DNA of 64,000 nt from Candidatus Pelethousia sp. (GTDB lineage Bacteria; Bacillota; Clostridia; Christensenellales; CAG-138), in contig JAYFNX010000011.1 of NCBI GenBank assembly GCA_034933245.1, forward strand, positions 948 to 64,947, written 5' to 3'. Both the position numbers and the translations under genes were made by a program. Below, piece after piece: positions 34,489 to 42,311 of the stretch. Every line of letters begins with the position of its first letter. Positions within the stretch are counted from its first letter, which is position 1. Below the pieces are notes generated by a model. That model searched no databases and was not told the origin of the DNA. It saw only the letters and a list, made by a program, of their open reading frames with translations.

Positions 34489-35498
34489 AAAAACGCGGAC
34501 GCGGAATAGGATGCAATCTTTATGGTGTGGGCTATGGCTTCAGCCGGCCGGACCATTCCGCCGCTACGGTGGAGGTCGCGGACGACGGCACTGCCACCGT
34601 ACTTTCCGGGGCATGCGATATTGGGCAGGGTTCGGATACGGCGCTTTGCCAGATCGCTGCGGAGGAACTGGGTATTCCCTATACGAATGTGCGCATTGTT
34701 AGCGCGGACACGGCCTTTACGCCGGATGCGCTTGCCAGCACCGCAAGCCGCGAAACCTTTGTTTCGGGCCGCGCCGTGCAGCTTGCCGCCAAGGATGCCA
34801 AAACGTATCTTCTCAAATATGCAGCGGAGCTTCTCAACTGTTCCCAGGAGGAGCTGGATGTAAGAGCCAACGCAGTGGTTTCGTCCAGGAATCCGGAAAT
34901 TACCATGCCGTTCCCCGAGCTTTGCGCGCTGGCGCATAATAACGGGAGACGGTTCATTGGGTTTGCTTGGTATGATAACACCACGAAGGATGTGGACCAT
35001 GATACCAACCAGGGGGATGCCTATGCCACTTACATTTATGCGACCCAGGTGGCGGATGTGGAAGTGGATACCGAGACAGGCGATGTAACGGTTTTAAGGG
35101 TAGGCGCAGCCCACGATGTTGGCCGCGCAATCAACCCCATGATGGTGGAGCAACAGGTGGAGGGAGCCGTTCTACAGGGCATGGGGTATGGAATTATGGA
35201 GGAAGTTATCCTGGATAAAGGGCACACGCTGACGCCCAACTTCTCCAAATTCCTCATACCAACCGCAAAGGATGCGCCGAGGATAAAAACCTACATTGTG
35301 GAGTCCGATGTGGGACGCGGGCCTTTTGGGGCAAAGGGCGTAGGGGAAGGGGCCATCATACCGACCGCCGCGGCGGTGGTAAATGCCGTAAACAATGCCA
35401 TAGGCGTGCGCATTCGGGAGTTGCCGATCACACCGGAAAAGATATTGGCTGCCCTTGAAGAAAAAGAAAAAGCGACGCAGCAAGAAGGTAAAAAGTAA
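34485..35498 (+). CDS. Molybdopterin-binding subunit, C-terminal chain (NdhM-like)
   Basis: 337 aa containing the second half of the aldehyde oxidase/xanthine dehydrogenase Mo domain (DIGQGSDT, GVGEGA). It is in a different frame from the L chain. Confidence 0.85.
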   Translation: MKKRGRGIGCNLYGVGYGFSRPDHSAATVEVADDGTATVLSGACDIGQGSDTALCQIAAEELGIPYTNVRIVSADTAFTPDALASTASRETFVSGRAVQLAAKDAKTYLLKYAAELLNCSQEELDVRANAVVSSRNPEITMPFPELCALAHNNGRRFIGFAWYDNTTKDVDHDTNQGDAYATYIYATQVADVEVDTETGDVTVLRVGAAHDVGRAINPMMVEQQVEGAVLQGMGYGIMEEVILDKGHTLTPNFSKFLIPTAKDAPRIKTYIVESDVGRGPFGAKGVGEGAIIPTAAAVVNAVNNAIGVRIRELPITPEKILAALEEKEKATQQEGKK

Positions 35499-35523
35499 CA
35501 TAGAATTCCCATGATTTCAGGCA

Positions 35524-35563
35524 AAACGCCCACGGCACATACTTGTGCCGTGGGCGTTTGATT
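35524..35563 (+). terminator. Strong rho-independent terminator of the hydroxylase operon
   Basis: aaacgcccacggcaca / tact / tgtgccgtgggcgttt (16-bp stem). Confidence 0.85.
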
Positions 35564-35744
35564 AGGTGGTGGCACCGTGTGAAACCCAAATGCGCATGAA
35601 AACAAAAATAATGAAACACAAATATGGCGTGCGTGATAGATTTGCAACCACCGGCGTTGTCCGCATGCAAAATCGGGCTGTATGGGTGTAAAAAAAAAAG
35701 ATTTGTGCAGACTAAAGACCAGAAATCAACGCTGGAGAGATTGT

Positions 35745-35897
35745 ATGTGTAAGCATGGGCGGTATGTCTTTATGTTGCTGATGGCAGGTACGTTGCTAAT
35801 ATTGTCCCTTTTGCTCTATTTAGGCTGGGCAAAACAGGAGGACAAGCCATCCAATGGAACGAAATTTGTCGAGACGGAGGAAGAAGGGAATGTGTAA
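35745..35897 (+). CDS. Hypothetical small membrane protein (50 aa)
   Basis: ATG at 35745 with GGAGAG 5 nt upstream. It has one TM helix (VFMLLMAGTLLILSLLLYLGW) and an acidic tail. Confidence 0.3.
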   Translation: MCKHGRYVFMLLMAGTLLILSLLLYLGWAKQEDKPSNGTKFVETEEEGNV

Positions 35898-36135
35898 AAT
35901 CTATTGTGATATTCCGCCCGCTGGGCCAAACGCTCCTTTGCATACGGAACGGGAGGTGCGCTATAAATCCTATTCGCCCAAGCCACATCTGAAAAAAGAG
36001 AACGATTCGGAAGAGATGCGGATGCAGGGGCAAACTTCCGTAACGCCGTCATAATTCCGAAATTTCGGCGCAGACTATGCCCGAGTAACAAGGATGGAAA
36101 ATTCATAAAATTCAACCACGATGCAAAGGAGTGAA

Positions 36136-36594
36136 ATGCATATGCCCAAGCCCCAGACGGCGCAGCAAAAGCAATATCAACAGCGGGTAAACGAGAAGAT
36201 GCCTCGAAGCAATACCTTTTCCCAATGCGTTCGCGCTTTCATATCCGGCGGGATCATCTGCTGCATCGGCCAGGCGGTGCGGAATTACGGCCTGGGGCCC
36301 CTGGGACTTTCCGAGGACAACGCGGCTGCTTTTACGGCCATGGTTATGGTATTCTTAGGCGCTACGCTCACAGGCATTGGAATTTACGATAAAATAGGCG
36401 CATGGTCCGGTGCGGGCAGCATCGTACCCATCACAGGCTTTGCAAACTCCATCGTCTCCCCGGCAATGGAGTTTAAAAGGGAAGGGTTTGTTATGGGCGT
36501 GGGGGCAAAGCTTTTTTCCATTGCCGGCCCTGTTCTGGTGTATGGTATTAGCGCCTCCGTTCTCGTTGGGCTGATCACCTGCCTAATCAAATAG
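36136..36594 (+). CDS. spoVAC: Stage V sporulation protein AC
   Basis: Conserved SpoVAC core (FISGGIICCIGQ..., PITGFANS). AAAGGAG RBS before the ATG at 36136. Confidence 0.85.
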   Translation: MHMPKPQTAQQKQYQQRVNEKMPRSNTFSQCVRAFISGGIICCIGQAVRNYGLGPLGLSEDNAAAFTAMVMVFLGATLTGIGIYDKIGAWSGAGSIVPITGFANSIVSPAMEFKREGFVMGVGAKLFSIAGPVLVYGISASVLVGLITCLIK

Positions 36595-36611
36595 GAAAGG
36601 GGAGTAGAACA

Positions 36612-37643
36612 ATGAAAAGCAAAGGCGCCGGGCGGCAAACGGTCGTGTTTGTTGCGCCGCCGAGAATCATTTCCTCTGCGGCAATCGTAGGGGATTTGGA
36701 GGGAAAAGGCCCCGTTGGCAGCTATTTTGATGAAGTGCTTACGGATGATACATGGGGAGAGGATAGCTGGGAAAAGGCGGAGCGTAAAATGTTTGAGCAG
36801 ACGGTTCGCCGGGCGTTGGAAAAAGTTTCCTTACAAGCAGGGGATTTGGACTGCCTGCTGGGCGGGGACCTTTTGAACCAGATTATCTCAGCCAATTTTG
36901 CCGCCCGGGAACTGCGCACGCCTTTCCTGGGCCTTTATGGAGCCTGCTCCACCATGGCGGAGGGCCTGCTTTTGGGCAGCATGCTCATCGACGGCGGGTA
37001 TGCGGGCAAGATCGCTTGTGCGGCAACGAGCCACTTTTCCACGGCCGAGCGTCAATACCGCCTCCCTTTGGAAATGGGGGGACAAACGGCACCAACGGCC
37101 CAGCGTACAGTAACGGGGGCGGGTTCCAGCATTTTGACGGACAGCGGCTATACGGGCAAGATGTTATACCGCAATGTGTTTGTGACCGCCGGCACCATTG
37201 GCCGCGTTGTGGATCTTGGCATTACGGATGCAAGCAACATGGGCGCGGCCATGGCCCCTGCGGCAGCAGATACGCTCTCCACACATTTAAGCGATACGGG
37301 CCGCAGCATTCGGGATTACGACCTGGTTGTTACCGGGGATTTAGGAAGCTTTGGCAGCGAGATGTTCCTGGAGCTTTGCCGTGATAACGGCATTGATGCG
37401 GAGCGGCGGCATTTGGACTGTGGCAATTTGATCTTTTCCGGTAGCCAGAAGGTGGATTGCGGAGGGAGCGGCTGTGGTTGCTCGGCGAGCGTGCTAAATG
37501 CCTATCTTCTCCAGCGCATAGAACAAGGGGACTTACGCCGCATCTTGTTCATGGCTACCGGCGCCCTTATGAGCACCACCAGCGGCATGCAAAGCGAAAG
37601 CATTCCGGGCATTGCCCATGGCGTGGTATTAGAGCGCAAATAA
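36612..37643 (+). CDS. spoVAD: Stage V sporulation protein AD
   Basis: 343 aa with a thiolase-like SpoVAD pattern (LGLYGACST). It sits between spoVAC and spoVAE. Confidence 0.9.
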   Translation: MKSKGAGRQTVVFVAPPRIISSAAIVGDLEGKGPVGSYFDEVLTDDTWGEDSWEKAERKMFEQTVRRALEKVSLQAGDLDCLLGGDLLNQIISANFAARELRTPFLGLYGACSTMAEGLLLGSMLIDGGYAGKIACAATSHFSTAERQYRLPLEMGGQTAPTAQRTVTGAGSSILTDSGYTGKMLYRNVFVTAGTIGRVVDLGITDASNMGAAMAPAAADTLSTHLSDTGRSIRDYDLVVTGDLGSFGSEMFLELCRDNGIDAERRHLDCGNLIFSGSQKVDCGGSGCGCSASVLNAYLLQRIEQGDLRRILFMATGALMSTTSGMQSESIPGIAHGVVLERK

Positions 37644-37658
37644 AAGGAGAGAAACGAT

Positions 37659-38015
37659 ATGGATTATGTTTGGGCGTTCCTCATAGGCGGCGGCATTTGC
37701 GTAATCGGCCAGCTGTTTATTAGCCTTACCCGCCTTACACCGGCCCGCATCCTGGTCATTTTTGTAACGGCCGGCGTTTTTCTTACGGCCTTTGGCTTAT
37801 ATGAACCCTTGGTGGAGCTGGGCGGCGCAGGGGCCACCGTGCCGTTAATGGGGTTTGGCTATGCCCTGGGAATGGGAGCCATAGAAGGGGCCATGGAAAA
37901 CGGCGTTATCGGCGCATTCACCGGCGGCATTACGGCCACTGCAGGCGGCGTGGCGGCGGCCATCGTATTTGGCTACCTGAATGCTTTAATTTTTACGCCG
38001 AAAACAAAAAAATAA
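37659..38015 (+). CDS. spoVAE: Stage V sporulation protein AE (SpoVAEb type)
   Basis: 118 aa, membrane protein, homologous in pattern to SpoVAC (PLMGFG). Confidence 0.85.
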   Translation: MDYVWAFLIGGGICVIGQLFISLTRLTPARILVIFVTAGVFLTAFGLYEPLVELGGAGATVPLMGFGYALGMGAIEGAMENGVIGAFTGGITATAGGVAAAIVFGYLNALIFTPKTKK

Positions 38016-38045
38016 AGCGGCATCCATTTCCCGGATAGGCCGATG

Positions 38046-38093
38046 TAAAAAACAGCAAGCACAACGGCAACAATCCGTTGCGCTTGCTGTTTA
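38046..38093 (+). terminator. Rho-independent terminator of the spoVA operon
   Basis: acagcaagcacaacgg / caacaat / ccgttgcgcttgctgt flanked by A- and T-runs. Confidence 0.8.
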
Positions 38094-38119
38094 GGAAGAC
38101 GAAGGAACCTTAATGAAAA

Positions 38120-38296
38120 TTAGTCAATTAAGTATGTATTGACTTTTGATGTCAAAGTATCTAATTTTTCTGAAATATAATTTGCGCTATTAATAAAATC
38201 CGAGTACATTTGCTTGTCTTGTTTTATAGTATAAAACTGCGTACAAACAATAACAGCCAGCAAAATATAAATTAGAGCAAGATGCCGATTGTTCAT
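38120..38296 (-). CDS. Hypothetical 58-aa single-TM protein in an AT-rich islet (below the ORF-track cutoff)
   Basis: Read by hand: MNNRHLALIYILLAVIVCTQFYTIKQDKQMYSDFINSANYISEKLDTLTSKVNTYLID. GAAAGG lies upstream. Confidence 0.35.
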   Translation of the reverse strand: MNNRHLALIYILLAVIVCTQFYTIKQDKQMYSDFINSANYISEKLDTLTSKVNTYLID

Positions 38297-38419
38297 GATT
38301 ACGAGTACCTTTCAAATTGTTGAATTGTGCAAACCATAGAATATATCGGAATTATTTACCACTTTTAGTTTACCATATTGAATAAGAAATATAAATGGCG
38401 TGATCGCTTTTCGCCAAAC

Positions 38420-38440
38420 AGAAAAAAGCCGTAAGGCTTA
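38420..38440 (-). terminator. Terminator hairpin downstream of VanW-1
   Basis: On the minus strand, AAGCC-TTAC-GGCTT followed by TTTTTCTG. Confidence 0.5.
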
Positions 38441-38495
38441 AAAACCCCACGGCAAATCTTAAAACTCGAAACCCTCCCCGGTTACAGGGCGGCTG

Positions 38496-40142
38496 TTATT
38501 GCACTTGTGCATCGGACACGGGCGGGTTGAGCAAAGCGGGATTAGCCAAAGCGGTGCTGCCGTCCGCATTTTGAATGATCTCATAGGCCGGGTCCAGCGC
38601 CGTTCCGGGCAGGAAACCGGGCCATACATAATAGGTTAAAGCATGGGCGTTGTACTTGCTGGTAGCAATTTCCTTGGTTTCAACCACGGTGCCGTCCTTT
38701 TTATAGGTGGCATACGTCTTATAGATATAACCGTCCTTGGCGGATTTATATTTCATCCAGTAAGGTTGGGTTATCCAAGATTGCACTTCGTATACGGTCT
38801 CCGGAGCGGGGAGGGTTTCCGCGAGCTCCGAGGAAAGCTCGATGGTATCAAAGGTATCCGGGAAGGGCTCGCCGTAGATTTCGCACACCACGGTATAGTC
38901 GGCAGTATCCACCCAAGTAAAGACATAGACCGGGCTTTGGGTATTGTTCTTCCACTTAAAATCAATGGTTCCCGTGTTGATGGTGGCGTCCAGCCCACCG
39001 TCTATATAACCGCTGCGGCTGGAGTGGTTGCGCCGGTAGGTAATTTCCATATCTCCCTTGAGGACGGCGTTATAGACCGTGGTGGAGATCTGGCAGACGC
39101 CGCCGCCGGGCTGGTCCTCCGTGCCGGAGCCGCCGCCAATCACCGCAGGGGCCATTTTCCAACCATATTTTTCATACCGGTCGCCCAGAATGGTATTGGC
39201 GGAGAATTCTTCCCCAGGTTGAAGCACCGTGCCGTAAACTAAGCCAGTTGCTTTTTTTAGATTGAAGACGCGGTTTGCGTTGCTGCGGGTACTTTTATAA
39301 GAGGTAAAGGCGCTGCCCCGTAAAACCAGGGTTTCTTTCAGGGTGTCCACCGTTACATCGGCGGGAATGTTTGCCATAACCACATCCAAATCGCCGAAAT
39401 CCTTGCTGGCGGTGCGTTGGTTGACCACCTCCAGCAGGGCGGGAATGTCGATGCCGTATCCATCCACCGAGGGAACGAAATCGAAGAACAGATCCCGCTT
39501 ATCGGTGATGCTTCCATCCTCCGGCAAAGAAATATTCAAGGCGGCCTGGGCCTTGGTATCTTCTTTTATAGGAAGGGACTTGACGCTGACGCTGGCCGGC
39601 ACCGCCGCAGTGGTGAGAGAATCCGCAAAGGTGTGGATATACGCTTCCACGCGGGTGGGCTCCACCGTATAGTCCAACTCATAAGCGCGGCCTTTGGTTT
39701 TAATGTCATCCAGTTCCGCCTTTAAGGAATTGAGGTCGCCGCTGCGAGCCAGGGACAGGGCCTGCTCAATAACCTCTTCGGTATTGAAAGAGATATCGAA
39801 GTAACTACTGTCCGCCAAATAGCTCTTGCCATCGCACTGAAAATTGAAGAAAACGCCGTCTTGAATCTCCTGCTCCACAGCGGCTAAGGCTGTGCGCGCA
39901 TCGGCCGGGGACATGCCCGAAACATCCATGCCGCCGATGGTAACGCCCTCGTGAAAGACACCGGATTCAATGATATTCTGGCGAAGCTTCTCTTTGTATT
40001 CCCCACTTAAATACAGGAAAGCGAACACGCCGCCCACTAGCACAAGAATGCTGAGCAATACGATGATCACCGTCTTAAAAGGCGAGCCGCTTTGGGGATT
40101 CTTCTTCTTTCTCTTCTTTGCCGTACGTACTTCCGTTTCCAT
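38496..40142 (-). CDS. VanW-family protein, membrane anchored (paralog 1)
   Basis: ATG at 40142 with AAGGA 7 nt upstream. It has a basic N-terminus and a TM helix. VanW core GGGVCQISTTVYNAVL...RRNHS. Confidence 0.85.
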   Translation of the reverse strand: METEVRTAKKRKKKNPQSGSPFKTVIIVLLSILVLVGGVFAFLYLSGEYKEKLRQNIIESGVFHEGVTIGGMDVSGMSPADARTALAAVEQEIQDGVFFNFQCDGKSYLADSSYFDISFNTEEVIEQALSLARSGDLNSLKAELDDIKTKGRAYELDYTVEPTRVEAYIHTFADSLTTAAVPASVSVKSLPIKEDTKAQAALNISLPEDGSITDKRDLFFDFVPSVDGYGIDIPALLEVVNQRTASKDFGDLDVVMANIPADVTVDTLKETLVLRGSAFTSYKSTRSNANRVFNLKKATGLVYGTVLQPGEEFSANTILGDRYEKYGWKMAPAVIGGGSGTEDQPGGGVCQISTTVYNAVLKGDMEITYRRNHSSRSGYIDGGLDATINTGTIDFKWKNNTQSPVYVFTWVDTADYTVVCEIYGEPFPDTFDTIELSSELAETLPAPETVYEVQSWITQPYWMKYKSAKDGYIYKTYATYKKDGTVVETKEIATSKYNAHALTYYVWPGFLPGTALDPAYEIIQNADGSTALANPALLNPPVSDAQVQ

Positions 40143-40399
40143 TCTCCCATCCTTCTCTGAAAAATCCAAGGGCTTTCAGATTTTATCAAGGAGCTATGCA
40201 GGTACCCGTTTTGCATATAAAATCAAAACCGGGAAAAATTAATAACACAGCTCTACACTCCCTGATTATACGTGATACGCTTGTGCACTGTAAAGGATAA
40301 GATTATGAAGATTTCTGAAACATTCTACCAGCTTATGCCCGTTTACGAAAGAGCCAGCATGTGGTACAATTGATCAGATATAGTACAAGGAGGCCTCAA

Positions 40400-41017
40400 A
40401 TGGAAAGAAAAACCGACACTCGGAGCCTGGTGCTCTATGCGCTTTTTATTGCCCTCATTTTCCTGCTGGGGCTAACCCCGGTGGGCTACATTATGCTTCC
40501 CATTGCAGCCATTACCACCGTCCATATTCCGGTAATCATAGGCGGGTATGTTTTTGGCCCCAAGGGGGGGGCGCTGCTGGGCTTTTTCTTCGGGCTTACC
40601 AGCCTTATCCGTTGCTTCACAACCCCGGATGCCACGGCGGCCATCGTGCTGGGCACGGGCACAGGGTTTAGCTTCTATAACCTGCTGCTCATTCTGGCCA
40701 TCATCTTCCTCCCGAGGATTCTTACCGGCTTGTTCAGCGCTATGATTTATAAGGGCCTTGAGAAGACCGGCAAGGATGTGCTGGCAATGAGCGTTTCCGC
40801 TTTTGCAGGCAGCCTTACCAACACGGTCTTTTTCCTGGGCGGGCTGTATGTGCTGGCTTTTGATCAGACCGCCGCCGCTTTTGGGGTGCCGGGCGAGGCT
40901 TTGCTGAAAGCGATTCTGGGGGTGGTGGCCCTCAATGGTGTGTTAGAGGCTGTTGCGGCGGTCATCCTATGCTGCGCGGTGGGAAAGGCGCTCAAATTTA
41001 TGCTGGCGCGCCGATGA
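40400..41017 (+). CDS. ECF transporter S component (possibly pantothenate-specific, PanT-like)
   Basis: ATG at 40400 with AAGGAGG at 40387. It has six TM helices and lies next to coaX. Confidence 0.75.
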   Translation: MERKTDTRSLVLYALFIALIFLLGLTPVGYIMLPIAAITTVHIPVIIGGYVFGPKGGALLGFFFGLTSLIRCFTTPDATAAIVLGTGTGFSFYNLLLILAIIFLPRILTGLFSAMIYKGLEKTGKDVLAMSVSAFAGSLTNTVFFLGGLYVLAFDQTAAAFGVPGEALLKAILGVVALNGVLEAVAAVILCCAVGKALKFMLARR

Positions 41018-41094
41018 GAGCCCGGCGGAACGAACAAACTCTTGTGCAATTGTATATTTAATATATTATAGGTAGAAAAGGGGAATACTGCCAC

Positions 41095-41862
41095 ATGCTT
41101 TTGGTCATGGATGTAGGCAATACCAACATAAAGACGGGCCTTTTTCAGGACGGAAAGCTATACTCCTCCTGGCGACTTACCACGAATACCAAGCGCACAG
41201 CCGACGAATACGGCGTGCGCATGGAATGCTTTTTTCGGCACATGGGGATCCCGACGGCCAGTGTAGACGGCCTGATTATGAGCAGCGTGGTGCCGGCTGT
41301 TAACTATACCCTGGAGCATATGTGCGAGCTTTATTTCCATGGCCAGCGGCCTTTGGTAGTAAACAGCAATATGAAGCTGAACCTTCGCATCCTGTATGAT
41401 TATCCGGATAAGCTGGGAGCGGATCGTATTTGCAACGCTGTGGCGGCTTACCATACCTATGGCGGGCCGTTGGTTGTGGTGGATTTCGGCACGGCGACCA
41501 GTTTCTCCGTGGTGAACCAAGATGGGGATTTTGTAGGCGGCCTTATTTGCCCCGGCCTCATGGTATCCGCCGATGCTTTGGTGGAGAATACGGCCCAACT
41601 CCGCAAGGTGGAATTTATTAAGCCCGCTCGGGTGATTGCCACCAATACGGAGGACAGCATCCGCTCGGGTCTTATCCGGGGGTATGTGGGCCAGGTGGAT
41701 TATATTATCCGGCAAATCGAGGGGGAACTGGGCTATGAAATTCGTACCATTGCCACGGGTGGTATGAGCAATATGATCGCCAGCGACACGGACCGTATCG
41801 ATACCATCAACCCTATCCTTACCTTAGAGGGCTTGGCGCGCATCTATGAAATGAACAGTTAA
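41095..41862 (+). CDS. coaX: Type III pantothenate kinase
   Basis: N-terminal LLVMDVGNTNIK and VVDFGTAT / GG motifs of the CoaX/ASKHA fold. Confidence 0.9.
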   Translation: MLLVMDVGNTNIKTGLFQDGKLYSSWRLTTNTKRTADEYGVRMECFFRHMGIPTASVDGLIMSSVVPAVNYTLEHMCELYFHGQRPLVVNSNMKLNLRILYDYPDKLGADRICNAVAAYHTYGGPLVVVDFGTATSFSVVNQDGDFVGGLICPGLMVSADALVENTAQLRKVEFIKPARVIATNTEDSIRSGLIRGYVGQVDYIIRQIEGELGYEIRTIATGGMSNMIASDTDRIDTINPILTLEGLARIYEMNS

Positions 41863-41912
41863 AAGCTGCACGAAAAGCCACCTTTGGGGCGGCATTGCTA
41901 AGAACCGGAAAA

Positions 41913-42113
41913 TTAGGGCGCAGATGGCGGAGACGCGCTTGCATCCGCCTCCAGCATGTCAATGGCGACGCGAACCGCTTCTACAACAAAGGCAGTAAAG
42001 GTACAATCTTTCCCTTGAATGTGGCGTTCGACCGCCTCGATCACATCATTGGGAAAACGGATGCTTTTGCTGGTGGTTTGGGGCACGGTAGGAATCTTAA
42101 ATTTTGTGGACAT
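41913..42113 (-). CDS. Ribbon-helix-helix (Arc/CopG-like) DNA-binding protein
   Basis: Start at MSTKFKIP (42113). Beta-strand KSIRFP followed by two helices (NDVIEAVERHI, FTAFVVEAVRVAIDML). Confidence 0.5.
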   Translation of the reverse strand: MSTKFKIPTVPQTTSKSIRFPNDVIEAVERHIQGKDCTFTAFVVEAVRVAIDMLEADASASPPSAP

Positions 42114-42170
42114 TTCACACCTCGCAATACAAATGTATGACGAAATCCTACTGGATAATATATAAAATGT

Positions 42171-42190
42171 ATGCAATACAAATGTATTGC
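42171..42190. promoter_or_regulatory. Palindromic operator candidate TGCAATACA-aa-TGTATTGCA
   Basis: 9-bp perfect arms. A half-site copy GCAATACAAATGTAT lies at 42123-42137 and CAATCACA direct repeats at about 42214-42235. All are in the RHH-gene upstream region. Confidence 0.45.
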
Positions 42191-42311
42191 AACATTCTTA
42201 CTCTATACATTATACAATCACATTATGCAATCACACTATATTTGCCTATGAGATAATAAAACCGGATTCATGTGTTATGGGGTTATAGCCCCTATGGCAG
42301 AAAGGCGGAAT

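Noticed and set aside
34485-34509. TGA at the NdhL/NdhM junction considered as a possible Sec codon or readthrough that would fuse the two Mo-subunit halves.
   Set aside because: Reading through the TGA in the L frame hits TAG after six codons. The M chain is in a different frame with its own ATG overlapping the stop (ATGA), which is classic coupling.
35499-38015. Functional link between the hydroxylase locus and the adjacent spoVAC/AD/AE genes (dipicolinate channel), which would suggest dipicolinate as the hydroxylase substrate.
   Set aside because: A 16-bp-stem terminator and about 570 bp of spacer separate the units. spoVA is a conserved sporulation operon, so adjacency alone is not evidence. 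I keep dipicolinate only as one candidate substrate to test.
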